DNA from: Owenia fusiformis
Lineage: Eukaryota
DNA: 64,000 nucleotides
Reading direction: 5' to 3'
NCBI GenBank assembly: GCA_903813345.2
Contig: CAIIXF020000001.1
Span: 32,054,001 to 32,118,000 of the forward strand
Shown in pieces: positions 49,510 to 62,311 of the stretch. The position numbers were made by a program, and so were the translations under genes. Numbering within the stretch: the first letter of the stretch is position 1; every line of letters starts with the position of its first letter. The notes below the pieces were generated by a model, which was not told the DNA's origin, did no database searches, and saw nothing but the letters and a program-made list of their open reading frames with translations.

Positions 49510-50333
49510 AAATTAAATATTGCGAGATAAGGATTAGACACAATGGTATCTGGTAGATGTCTCTCTGATATATAAATGGTTTGAAATTGACTTTAAATAG
49601 GGATTGACTATTCACTATTGAGGTCAATGGTAAAAAGGTTTACTTCCCCCAAGTATCTAATGTTCCTCCTCTTATCTCTCATGTATTTATTCAGCTGTAT
49701 TTTACATAAATTTGTGAATATGCATTGTGCCTGACATAAAGAGAGTGCAACTGTAATAACAGTGCTTATAAATAAATCAATGTAAATGTCATGTTAGTTT
49801 TATGAAACCTTTGTAACTATTGACACATGCTTCATGTGAAGTTTAAAATATAAGCTGATCTGTGTATATTGGGAATTTGTGTTGAATATCCAGACATGCA
49901 AAGTGATTTAATGGTTTAGTGTATATAATATTTACAAGTGTATGTATCAAGAAGGACCCATAATCATGCAGGATCTGCTTGAATGAACATACTGTACAGG
50001 TATGTATTTTGTTTGTGTAAGTGCATGGATAATACATGTCTACATGTACATCCATTAACTCAATCCACAAAGAATGACCACCACCATTCTTTTAACAGAC
50101 CTATATATTAATAAAAAGTAGGAAATATTACACAAAATATACGACTATTAGAATTCCCATTCAACCCATCAACTGTAAACTTAAATAAAGGTGTCATTTA
50201 GGAATAAGATAACAAAATACTGTTCAAACACCTCTAGTGCTATAATATCCTTTAACTAAATCCAGCCACCAGATCAACCAAGTCCCTATAATCCATCCAT
50301 GCCAAGTCCAGAAAACTGAAAAGATATATGAAC

Positions 50334-50396
50334 CTGTTGCTGGGCAATGACACCCTTCATTTCTTGAAAGCCATCAGCATATTTCTGTTTATCAAA
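50334..50396 (-). CDS. GOLIM4: GOLIM4-like exon: FDKQKYADGFQEMKGVIAQQQ
   Basis: 63 nt, phase 0/0, ctttgtag acceptor, CAG|gttcat donor. Confidence 0.72.
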
Positions 50397-51318
50397 CTAC
50401 AAAGAAGGATATGTATATATTCATCAGAACATATACCAACTAAAAACATTGAATACATAAACTAAACAGAGATCTTTGGGGGCCTAAATAAACTAATTTT
50501 GGCTCAACAATATTACAGAGCCTCGCCATAATTGTGAAAACAATACTTTCATGCTTTATTGTTTATTTTAGGCCCTTTCATTATGGATTTCAACACTTGA
50601 GAGTAGTTCACCATCGTCAAACTCAATAATGGCGTTCTTTACTATCAGTCGAAATGTTGATACATGCGCAGACCTCTATTTAGTGATATTTTCATTTCAA
50701 ATATGGCGGCCAATCCGATGTCTGACGACCCTTACAAAGAATCTAGGCAGTTTGCATTTTTACCTCCTGTGAAATAACAAGTGGAATTTAGTAGTTGTTT
50801 TGTGTTTTGTTATCATTCTGCATCGTAATTCTATGTGATGTGGTGTTGAAATGTCAGCAGAAATACATATCCATACGATAATCGAGTGAATCAGATAACA
50901 GATTTTTCGAAAACCCGTCTCGTGCTAAGAGTGTAAAAACTTGTATTAACATGCTCAAAAGTGCCAATGTGCACATCAATGTCAAGCTAAATCAATGTTG
51001 TGTCTAAAACAGGTACCTGATCTACTCAAAACAGCTTGTCATTCACGTGTACACGCTTAGCAAACACGGCAAAATGACCTGAATCTTGGAATTTCGTTCG
51101 AGAGCTAGTAATGTTTGCTCCGGTCTTCGTCATAAGTGTTCATCAGACTTCACGCATGCGCAGGAGAAAAACCATCAACCAATAACGTTTATAAATCAAT
51201 TTTGCGCATGCGCCTTACAACGGTAAAGAAATTCGTATTTATAAACGAACCAGTTTGAGATAACCCGATATCAGTCGGAGAAATCTGACGATCTACGAAA
51301 CTCACTTCAAAAAATCAA

Positions 51319-52147
51319 ATGCGGACTGACGGCGTATTCTACTATGTTTGGATCTAAAATTTTCAGTATAGATAAAGTCTTTTATGATCTTTCGAATGAG
51401 GTAAGTCTCTAGTTCGAAAGACAATCGTATCAACTTGAACAAAAGTTGAGTTTTGACGAAAAATTTTAACATGCGCAGAAGTCCCATTTTCGTTGTACCA
51501 TATTGACTGCTATGAGGAATTTTCTTGGCCATTATTGAGTTTAACCTCCTTACTATTCTTTCCTTTGATGCAAGTTCTGGATCTATCGAAACCATTTTCC
51601 GCGATAACATTCAACTGATACTTGACAATAATATAAAAACACATAACATCAAGCGATTAAACACAATATTATTGTGTTAAATGTTCATTTATACTAAAAA
51701 ATAGTTTGTTTTTTTTTCATCAAGAGATTTTATTGCCATTAATCATTAAAAGTACATATCATGCGGACTGACGGCGTATTCTACTATGTTTGGATCTAAA
51801 ATTTTCAGTATAGATAAAGTCTTTTATGATCTTTCGAATGAGGTAAGTCTCTAGTTCGAAAGACAATCGTATCAACTTGAACAAAAGTTGAGTTTTGACG
51901 AAAAATTTTAACATGCGCAGAAGTCCCATTTTCGTTGTACCATATTGACTGCTATGAGGAATTTTCTTGGCCATTATTGAGTTTAACCTCCTTACTATTC
52001 TTTCCTTTGATGCAAGTTCTGGATCTATCGAAACCATTTTCCGCGATAACATTCAACTGATACTTGACAATAATATAAAAACACATAACATCAAGCGATT
52101 AAACACAATATTATTGTGTTAAATGTTCATTTATACTAAAAAATAGT
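51319..52147. repeat. 387-bp direct duplication (51319-51705 and 51761-52147) within a probable DNA-transposon remnant
   Basis: Apparently identical copies at offset 442. Confidence 0.9.
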
Positions 52148-52439
52148 ACCGTGGGTACTGGGCTTACATGGTGTTGCTCAAAGTGAATGATGGCTAAAAT
52201 GACAACAAATAAAAAAAAAAAACGGACAATTTTTTGCCAGCTTTTTGTAACAAAATTATTTTATACAGCTACTCTTTACAAAAATCCTGCCCATTTTTTA
52301 AAATGGCTGCCTACGACCCAAAATGTCATTAGACAGTATGCAATTCATACGAGTATTCACATATCAAATATGAATAAATCTTACTTGGTGTATTCGACTC
52401 AATTTTTTATACATGTTCCCGAACCTATGTAGCGTGTGG

Positions 52440-53023
52440 TTATTCACTTCGAGAGCCATGTTAGATTTTGAAACTTATGGCTCACCAACGGAGAAATGGA
52501 CAGCTGAATAATAGTGACCTTTGAAACACAGCTTTGATCAGCGGCTTACTTTTGTTCTCTAACTATGTCATACATCATTATCATCCTTCCGTGCAAGTAT
52601 TGGAGCGCTGAAGTACTTCCTTTTCGATCAAGACTTGTAATTGTTAGTCGAGTAAATGTTTTTTCTGACAAATTCCAATATGGTGTTTTCTGCTCGGACA
52701 TTTTCCTAAATCTCCGGAGGTTGTCTGAACCTAACTCATTCTCAAAATTCATTTTGTTTGTTGCGTATCTCACTCCTAGCAAACCGCCATATTGGAAATG
52801 GGTCGAAAAAACATTCACTCGATGAACAAAAAGATCTTGATCGAAAAAGAAGTATTTCAGCGCTCCAATACTTGCACGGATGGATGATACTGATGAAAGA
52901 CACAGTTAGAGACCAAAAGTAAGCCACGGATTTCATTATTCATGTTTTAAAGGTCACTATTATTCAGCTGTCTAGTGCACCGCGGGAAAGCTATTATATC
53001 AAAATTCACATAGCAGGAAATAA
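52440..53023. mobile_element. Foldback MITE, same family as 6679-8230
   Basis: TTA..TAA termini, 8-bp TSD gcgtgtgg/gcatgtgg, ~200-bp arms. Confidence 0.85.
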
Positions 53024-53129
53024 GCATGTGGTACATTCAGCACTTTATAATAATAACAATATGTACAATAGAGTATAGCCCCTCACTATAGCCATCATAC
53101 CCTATAACCCAAAATTGGATACTAATGAT

Positions 53130-54600
53130 TTTTGACAAGCATTTTCTCAGCAATAGATAAGCCAAATTCTTTGAAAATTTTTATTGGAACTATAGGGTAG
53201 CATTAGCAAATGATACAAACATGAAAGAAATCGGTCATAAATTATGCTAGTATTGCCAAAATATCCAATATCAATGCCTTAGTTATCTTTTCCAGTCTGA
53301 AGGAAGCCATTTTTTCCAACCAGGATTGCTTTTGTGTATTTCTTCCAATGATATCACCTCCAATGACATAATTATCCTGTCCTTAATGTGTGTTGGATGT
53401 AGTGCATTTTTGTTCATAAGTCTATTTACAGTTACTCCAACTCTTGCCCTTAATTATTTTAAGATTCAACTTCCACCCCATCTTTTCACCTTGAAACAGT
53501 TTTCAATAGTAGCCTTGGCTGAAAGGCATCGTAAGTCCTTCTAAACTGAAAGGATAGGTATCGATATGAACTGAATTAAACAATGTTTTTCTCTTAAACC
53601 AATTATTGAAAACATTCTGTAAAAAGAACACGGTCCTTTATGTAATGTTGACTGATTGACAACAATTTAATGCAAAAATTATTTATATATATTTTGTATA
53701 ACTGCTTTTGCTAACATTTTTTGTTTTTTAGTACAATTGTTTTTTGTTTCTTTATACCAATTCTTGAGAATGAAATAAAATGCCTTTCCGGATGTTGTTG
53801 GAACAAAATAGCATATACAACATTTTTTCAGACCTCTCAATATTATAGTTATACAAAGGATAGTTTGGTTGATTTTAGAAAAAGTATTCAAAAAACAAAA
53901 ACAAAAACCAAAATAGATAAAAATTAAGATAAACCTTTTATCTAATTAACAAGATACTTTTTTAAATCAACCAAAATTTTCTTTGTACAATTTCATTATT
54001 GAGAGATCTAAACACGTTTTGTTTATGTCAGTTTGTTCCAATGAGGTTTGGAAAGATGTTTCATTTCATTCCGAACATATGATACCAAGAACAAAAAAAG
54101 AAGTGTCTGATGTGTTTTCTAAAACAATATAGGGAAAAGTATATATATGTATAAATGTATATTTTTTTCAAATTATATTGTTTCCATTCAAAAGATGACC
54201 ATTGAATTGACAATGTGTAAAATTATTCGAATTTTTTGATGACTGGGTCAAGAAAAATGTGTGTTCAAAAAGTTCACCATATCGATACCAATCCTTTTGG
54301 ACAGAATGGATTCTGGATACAGGGAGCAATGAAACAAATCAATAAACCTGACACACAGACAAGCTATCCTGAGACTAAAACTGATTGACAGATGCTATGA
54401 CCTGATCATAAATGGCACAAACTCTATGAATGTCTCTTTGAGCAGCTCTGATATTAGATTTTTTGACATGCATTTTTGAATTTGTCAATACTCACATAAT
54501 TTGTTACCGATCTCTGTATCACTTGCTAATGATACCCTAAGGCTACTTTAAAATTACTCAATGAATTCGAGTAATATATTGCAGAGAAATACTTGTTAAA
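53130..54600. mobile_element. Old nested foldback elements
   Basis: Inverted pairs 53130-53235/54505-54600, 53549-53575/54270-54299 and 53780-53900/53960-54050. Confidence 0.5.
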
Positions 54601-55341
54601 AAGTGGTTCCCTTTTTTAGATATACATAGTAAATAATATAATTAAAACACCAGTCACTATAAGCTTTCAAAGTATCTCTTTACAGTACAGCTCAAATGAA
54701 TAACTGAAACATAAGTTTGGAAATAGAAGAAACCCAAGCTAAATGAAAATAAAAATGAAATTTCCAAATTAAATCAGAGAGATGTAAACATCAAACTAAA
54801 CATACTGCTCGACATAATAATACCCAAATTGACTTTTTTTAGTTAAACATGTTAATATGAATCCGTCCACGATAAAAAAACAAAAATTAAAACACAAGAT
54901 TTAAATAAAATATAGCCCATATACCTGTTAGATGAGTCTAGGTATAGGCCTGAACAGGAATTACAACAGGAATGAGATGTGCTTGGTGAAGAGTTTATGA
55001 AGCATTATTGGCAGTGAAACTGAAATTTGTGTCAAGCAAGGATGTTTTTGTATGTAAGTAATGAGGTTTAGGAGTTACAAAGGAGGTAGAACTAACTAAA
55101 TAAATAGCCCAGTTCCTACTAATGCTCCAAACTTGGACTTCAGAACAATAGTATATCTGGCAAATACCAAGATAAACAACAAAAAGACTATAGGCTTTGG
55201 GTTGAACATAAATGTTATGGTCTGTTACTACTCTAGAACAGGTACCAATGGTATGTTTAAGAAACGCAGTAGGACGTTTACCACTTAAGCAGCAATATGA
55301 AGGCAATGTGCATGATTTTCTAACTCTGATGGCATATCCAT

Positions 55342-55775
55342 AAATAAGGGTTATGTACTGGGAGGTTTTGGATATGAGGTTTATCCAGAGGGAGATATGC
55401 ATATCTACCTGAGGGACCGTAGGGACCGAAGGTAGATGTGAATATCTCACGAGGGATGAACCCCATATCCAAACCGACCGTACATAACTGCTTTATCCTA
55501 TACCAAGTAGAGTTTTCTAATTTTCTTTCAATTTTTTTCTATTTTTTCACATTTTTCAATTTTTTCAATTTTTTATTTTTTTCAATTTTTTCACATTTTT
55601 CTTTTTTTCAATTTTACTTATTTTTTCAAATTTTTTTTTCGAAGTGGGAAGATATGCCCTGGAGCGGGAGATATGGCGGGAGATATGGAGGTTCAGGATA
55701 TGGAAACCTCAAAATCAGGATACGGGATATATTTTACCAACTTATCTCCCTAAAACTCTACTTGGCATAGGATAA
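55342..55775. mobile_element. Hairpin-plus-inverted-repeat element (Crypton-like architecture, unclassified)
   Basis: Hairpin 55345-55495 followed by IR ttatcctataccaagtagagtttt / aaaactctacttggcataggataa enclosing a T-rich tract. Confidence 0.55.
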
Positions 55776-56113
55776 GGGGCCATATCCAAGTGTCAACAAA
55801 TTAGTTTGTTATGTGTCTCAATGGTACTGCACTAATTCCATAATCAACTTCTGCTACACCAACCATGTTTAGAAAACAGAATGGCCTTTAAACATGTGCC
55901 ATCCCATCAGTTTAACACACTCAATAATGTGCAGAACTAGTATTTAAGTTATCTTACGGACAAACAGAATGACGGACAGAGGGCGGACGGCTTCAAATTA
56001 AGATTCAAAAATAAAATGAATCATTGTCACAGCTGAAGACAATTGGACACAGCCCTTTTATAGAGATGAAAATCATGACATCAAAATAAAGGGAAGGGAT
56101 AATATAAATTAAC

Positions 56114-56176
56114 CTGTAGCTGACGAACTGTGTTTGTAAGCTCGTTTATCTTTCCTTCTGCAGCCTGAGCCTGGTG
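56114..56176 (-). CDS. GOLIM4: GOLIM4-like exon: HQAQAAEGKINELTNTVRQLQ
   Basis: 63 nt, phase 0/0, coiled-coil composition. Confidence 0.75.
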
Positions 56177-56441
56177 CTAAATATAACATAACATGGTGTA
56201 AAAGGTGGAAAATATGGAATTGTGTAAGGTGGGACAAGAACCTTCATTTTGGTTGAAATAAAACATTATTTTTGCTGTTGTTGCAAATACCACCAGTAAT
56301 CTAGCCCAAGCATACAATAAACAGGGATACAACATTGAAAGATTAAATGATATTTGGGCAATAAAAAGAGCTCTTTTACAATTATTTACTGAAGTTTAGT
56401 TATTAACAATGATTGATTTATCTGACTTTTCTATGTATGTA

Positions 56442-57108
56442 ACCTCTGTAAAGAAAAAAAAAGGTGCGGTCCTTTATCAGTCATAACATTTTCAAAGTCT
56501 TAAGGTCTAAGGTCTTTAATGTCTTCTCTATATGTTATTTTCTTCATACCATTGTAAAGCCCATTCCAAACTGGTCATAACTGACAAGTGAAATAAACAT
56601 CGGCACACTGACAGAAAATTATGGAGGTGCCTATACCTGTCTAAAACATGATTATTCGACAATTTATCGACCAATCGACCTCTTAATCTGAAGGATATAA
56701 CCTCAAATTCTATCACAAAATGGTTGTAATTAATCAGACTTTCATTCTATAACTGATCTTTTTTACGAAGTTTTATTGGATTGAAGACTTTTTCAAATGG
56801 TGTATTCCTCTAAATGTAACTAACAATTTAACTTCATGTCTCAGAAGATCCCCTTTTTGAACACATTGCTAGGTATAGGATTTCTCAAATTTATGACGTC
56901 AATTTATGGTAAAAAGTCACACTCACGATTTTGGGAGTTGTTATATTCAATCCTTTCTAACTTTTTACCATATTTATTCTTTGAAATTTTCTCCATTTGG
57001 CCAAAGTATTCATACATTATATCTCTGAAAGTTTGGTATGATAATAACGAAAAAATAAAAAAGATATGATTTGTAAAGGACAATGCACCTTTTTTTCTTT
57101 ACAGAGGG
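56442..57108. mobile_element. TA-flanked MITE
   Basis: acctctgtaaagaaaaaaaaaggtgc ... gcacctttttttctttacagaggg|TA. Confidence 0.75.
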
Positions 57109-57170
57109 TATGCAGATTTGTAAGGAGAGTTCTCTATAGTCTATTTAACAAAACAGTGTATGCACTGATA

Positions 57171-57485
57171 TTTCCATCTAAACTTATGGGACAGAATACA
57201 CAAGCCATGAATATTCTATGAAAAATGTATCCAAACTTATGGGACAGAATAGACAAGCCGTGAATATTCTATTAAAAATGTATCCAAACTTATGGGACAG
57301 AATAGACAAGCCATGAATATTCTATTAAAAATGTATCCAAACTTATGGGACAGAATAGACAAGCCATGAATATTTTATGAAAAATGTATCCAAACTTATG
57401 GGACAGAATCGACAAGCCATGAATATTCTATGAAAAATGTATCCAAACTTATGGGACAGAATAGACAAGCCATGAATATTCTATG
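57171..57485. repeat. 53-bp minisatellite, ~6 copies
   Basis: Unit tatccaaacttatgggacagaatagacaagccatgaatattctat(t/g)aaaaatg. Confidence 0.93.
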
Positions 57486-57686
57486 ATATAAAGTTCTAAA
57501 AAGCAATAGTACTGGAGGCCATTTCCCATAAACATTGCAAAAACCAATTTGTAAAATTAAACTGTTTTTCAACTTTGTCATCATAAAAGCAAAGTTGGAT
57601 TTGAGTCAACCTTATCTGTAATACTTGAAGAAATGAACCATAATAAGCACTACTGACATGTATGTGATAAATGTTTAATGAAATAC

Positions 57687-57769
57687 CTGGTTGTTCTGGT
57701 TGAGCAAACTCTGTTCATTTAACTTGGACTGGACACCTGAATACCTTCGTTGCAGATCTGCAAGCTGGT
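57687..57769 (-). CDS. GOLIM4: GOLIM4-like exon: (D)QLADLQRRYSGVQSKLNEQSLLNQNNQ
   Basis: 83 nt, phase 1 to 0, canonical splice sites. Confidence 0.85.
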
Positions 57770-58082
57770 CTAAAATATATATATAAGTTTGAAAAGTATT
57801 AAAGAGAAATATGTTTATTATGCATTACAAACTGATTTTCATCAATATGTAGACTTTTTGAAAAATTGGTCCAAGACATATTAATATGGTCCATGTTGTC
57901 TGCCATACTTATTCTGTCCACCTCGAAAACTATCAAACTGTTATATACATGTATATATGAAAAATGGATCGAACTATTCCACAATATAGCCCATGTAGTC
58001 TGTAAATGAGGTGCAAAACAAGAGCCTACTTTTTGGAGAGGACCAATGGTGGGAATTTTCTTCAAACCACATGATAACTCAC

Positions 58083-58233
58083 CTTTCAGGCCTGATATTT
58101 CTATTTCTTTCTCCTGTTTAAGAGTTTGGTATTCTAGATGTTGCTTCTCCTGGATATTCTGATGGTCTTCCCTAAGTTTAGTATGACTGTCTTGTAGCTT
58201 GTTGTAGTCAAGCTGCAGGTCTTCATGCTGGCC
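58083..58233 (-). CDS. GOLIM4: GOLIM4-like exon: GQHEDLQLDYNKLQDSHTKLREDHQNIQEKQHLEYQTLKQEKEIEISGLK
   Basis: Aligns by eye to vertebrate GOLIM4 SQHEELKKQH...YLQLQQEKEQELSKLK; 151 nt; gtgagt donor. Confidence 0.9.
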
Positions 58234-58580
58234 CTACAATTAGACACAATGATCAGCACTTGTTGTTATTGTTATTGTCAATAAAATTGATCACTCCTTT
58301 TTTCTATTCTATTTTTCTATTTGGGAGATATTAAGGGTAACAAAAAGTTAAATAGAATGCCCAAGACAAACTGAAAGTATCTTCTTGAAATCCTGTTCTG
58401 TGGCATTCTTCCACAATGTGCAGTCGTGGTGAAATGTCTTTTGATATTAGCATAAGTAATTACATATACAATGTATACATATTTTAAGATGTATACATAT
58501 TTATTTGAGGAATAATATTTAAAGAGAAGCAGAAAAAATGTATCAGAGATAATGATGCCCATTAGCAATTTTGAGCTTAC

Positions 58581-58634
58581 CTTAAGAAGTTTATTTTCCT
58601 GCTGTAGTGACTCATACCTGTTGTTCATCTCTTG
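58581..58634 (-). CDS. GOLIM4: GOLIM4-like exon: QEMNNRYESLQQENKLLK
   Basis: Aligns to GOLIM4 QDSNSRYSALNVQHQMLK; 54 nt; ttgcag acceptor, gtaagc donor. Confidence 0.9.
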
Positions 58635-58726
58635 CTGCAATAGAAAACACTTAATTTATGCATATACAATGGGTGATCGATGTCATTATACAATATGATA
58701 AGATGCTCTCATTTCTTTATTTAATG

Positions 58727-61700
58727 CAACTAAAAAACTCCACAGAGTAGCAAATCCCACCGAACAAAACTTGTTTTGATAAATAGCGACCATATAAAAT
58801 TTGAGCCAAATCCATCCACTGGTATTTGAATTATCAGAGAATATGTTTTTATGATACATGGCTGCCATTTTGAAATTCAGCTGTCATCTTTAAATTTCTT
58901 CTTTAGCAGAGCTCCTATGTCCCAAGGCATCAGCATAGACAATTTAAAGATCTAATAGCAAAGGTTTTGCAAAAATAAATCAATGTAGTATAAAACAAAT
59001 GTATGTATTATGAAGAAATAAATATATAATGAAAAAAATAGATATGTGTTTGTAATATTGGTATAAACTTAAGATTAAAAAGTGTCACTATCTCTTTCAT
59101 TTTTCAACAAATATAGGCTCACGTGACATGTGACGCGGGGCAGTCAATTTTGATCTATCGTAGACCATATCAGTATCAAATTACTGATATTTCAACCTCG
59201 TCTTGCGAGGCCATTTTGATTTGAAACATCTTGAATTTGGTGTCAAAATGAAGCTGGTCACGCCCACTTTCAGAGTTATCAATGAATCATTTACTACGAC
59301 TACTATATTCATTTAGGAGGCGTGTAAAGTTAACCAATCAGAAAGACAATTGTTCCATATATGGCAGTTCATTAACATATTCAGTGTTTACTACTGCTTT
59401 TCATGTCATGACAACACGAGTAGTAACCAATCAAGATACCGTATTTTATCACGTGAGTTCAGAGTGACACGCACGCGACATGTTGTCTGGGGTGATCGCG
59501 ATGTTGAACAATTTCTTCTCGGAATTTGTCCAGAGAAATCAGCGATTCTAAATTAAGGTAGGATCTGCCATTTTTTCCTGTACAAGTTATAACTTATCTC
59601 TATCGAATCCTAAAGTTTTGGAAGAAGATATGAAGCGTAGGTTTAAAAACGAAGCGATTAATTTGACGATCTGATTTTGCAATTTGCAATGGCCAATTTA
59701 CTGCAAGTCCAGTGCATGTATTTGACAAGAGATAGCGCCAAGTCTGGTATCTAAATGCTTGTTAAGCCACTCAAAAACAAGATCCATATCTTCTAAATTT
59801 GATAACTTTGCAGAAAACCTGTTTTCATAATCTGTTTTCCGCATCCAGATTCAAACTGAGTATGATAATAGGATCGCTGGAATCTTCAGTCAATGGCAAC
59901 GGGTCTTCATTCCAGAACTCACATTTTTAGTTGATTCTCCGTCATAGTTCTTGTTTAAAGTCCCCATATCTGCTCTCTTACTGCCAGACTTGCACACATT
60001 TCCCCTCCTTAAATTGTCTTCATTCAAATTACACCCTCTCGCCGATTTATATAGTCATTTCCCAGAACCCGGGAATCAGAATCGCTGAACATGGCGTAGA
60101 ATAATGGAAATAACGTCACAACGCATGCGCGTAAATCGACATTTCATGGTCCAAAGATTTCAATGGAGAGCAGTCTTCATCAAAATTTAAAATCTTTATA
60201 ACTTTTTAGCAAATCATTTATTTTCTTAGGATTCAACGGATCCTTGTTAGACTCAACGAAGTGTTCATTTTGATATATAAATTAGCAAAATCCATCCACA
60301 GATCTTTCGGCCTTTTAATGATTTAATTTTCGGGATATTTTGCTAAAATCCCCCATTGACCGCCATTATAAACTTTGAAAAAGCTCAAATCCTCATCATT
60401 TCATATCATTCGTTAAGTGATCTAAACAACTCCAATCGCTTAGGATTCAACGGATTCTAAGAGATCAAAGCTAATACAATACGATGACAACCCCCGTTTC
60501 AATATTTGCCGCATAATCTTTCGGCCTTTTAGGTTATAAATTTGTCAATATTTTGATTTTCGACCATTAATGACGTACTTGGATCCGAGATTCATTGTCC
60601 CGGGATTCATGACGCTATTTCCATTATTCTACGCCATGGTTTGCCATATTGAACATATTATATGTACTGTAATATCTGTACATTGACTGCTACCCGTAAT
60701 GGTCACGTGACTAGCGCGATACAGGAAAAATGGGGAATTTCGAAACAACAATTTTTGGGCACTTTTATTGCAAATTTCAGGTATTTATAAAGTGTTTGTG
60801 GTATAAAATATAATCCACAGACATAAATGAACATCCAAACTACATATTTCATTAAGTTTTGGAGCCTTTTTTGCTCTTAAATCAACATCTTTAATCCAAA
60901 TCCTTCAACTGGTACTTGAGTTATCAACGATTACATGTTTAATGAAAAATGGCGGAGATTTCAATAAATAGCAGCCATCTTGAAAATTTCTTCTCAAGCA
61001 GAGCTCCTTTATCTCTAGGCATCAGTATATAAAATTTGAAGTAAATAAGTCCAATGGTATTTGAGTTACCAAAGATTACCTCTTTTATGAAAAATGGAAG
61101 TCATTTTGAAATGCAGCTGACTCCTTTGAAATTTCTTCTGAAGCAGATCTCCTTTTTCCCTAAACATCAGTATATAAAATTGGAACCAAATCCATCCACT
61201 GGTATTTGAGTTATCAATGATTACGTTTTTTTACGAAAAATGGGGGCCATTTTTAAATTCAGTGGCCATCTTGAAAATGTCTTCTTCAGCAGAGCTTCTT
61301 TGTTATAGAATTTGAACCAAATCTGTCAACTGGTATTTGAGTTATCAAAGGTTACGTTCTTTTATGAAAAATGGCGGCCATTTTCAAATTTAGCTGCCAT
61401 CTTGAAAATCCCTTCACGAGCAGAGCTGCTATGTCCCTAGGCATTAGCATGTAAAATTTGAACCAAATCCATTCAATGGTATTTGAGTTATCAAAGATAG
61501 CATTTTTTTACGAAAAATGGCGGCCATCTTGAAAATGTCTTCTTGAGCAAGGCTCCTTTGTACCCAGGCAACAGCATATAAAATTTGAACCAAATGCATC
61601 AACTAGTATTTGAGTTATCAAAGATTATATTATTTTCCGAAAATGGCCGCCATTTTAAAATAAGCCGCCATATTGAAAATTCCTTCTCGAGTAGAGGTCT

Positions 61701-61830
61701 TACACCCATAATGCATAAGGCTATAAAATTTGAATGAAATCCTTCAACCGGTATTTGAGTTATTGCCTGGACACACGAATGGATGGACGGACGAACTGAT
61801 GGATGGCTTTTCTATATCCCCCTTGAACTT
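58727..61830 (+). mobile_element. pearl/HINE element interrupted by a TTAA insertion
   Basis: 58727-58947 plus 60891-61400 are collinear with the reverse complement of 11848-12628; ends in ggac microsatellite and atatcccc. Confidence 0.85.
58948..60890. mobile_element. Kolobok-like non-autonomous element (TTAA TSD, AG..CT termini)
   Basis: TTAA at 58944-58947 and 60891-60894; the uninterrupted host copy has a single TTAA at this site. Confidence 0.8.
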
Positions 61831-62242
61831 ACTCAATGATTATTTTATAGATGGCTGCTCATTGTAGTGTATTTTAATCCATAAAGGGGGTTTTACACAT
61901 GCTTTTCATTTTTGTCAGTTTTTGTTTTTAGCAAAATGGTGAGTAAACAATAGAAAACCAACAACAAAACACCAAGTGCATGTCATACTTTTATTGTGGA
62001 ATCATAGAATAATCATTTTTCGATTAATTTAAGGTCAGATTGAATCAATATGGATAGGACATATTTTAAATACTTTGGAAATTTAAGGGTCAACCCCTAA
62101 TTAAGTAGATAAAACAAAGAACAATTATATTATCTGCCATCTTGTAAAGTTACTCTGTAAAACAGTGATGAAAATAATCAGAAACAGTAATTGAATATTC
62201 ATAAAAGTTATTAAAGATAAATATTAGAATATCCATACTTAC

Positions 62243-62292
62243 TCTATCTCTTTCATACTTGCGTTTGATTTCTTCTATATTAGCGTTAAGAT
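62243..62292 (-). CDS. GOLIM4: GOLIM4-like exon: (D)LNANIEEIKRKYERDR (first exon visible; N-terminal TM exons lie beyond the window)
   Basis: ttttttccag acceptor, gtaagt donor; 50 nt, phase 1 to 0. Confidence 0.85.
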
Positions 62293-62311
62293 CTGGAAAA
62301 AAGGTTAACAT

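Noticed and set aside
51302..52052. Two identical ~100-aa ORFs
   Set aside because: Products of the 387-bp duplication; no recognisable domain or splice context.
53283..53545. Exon-like segment after a tttcag acceptor
   Set aside because: Stops in all minus-strand frames and inside nested inverted repeats; at most a transposon relic.
54995..55450. 151-aa minus-strand ORF
   Set aside because: Starts inside a hairpin repeat, has no recognisable motif, and its composition is unlike the host gene.
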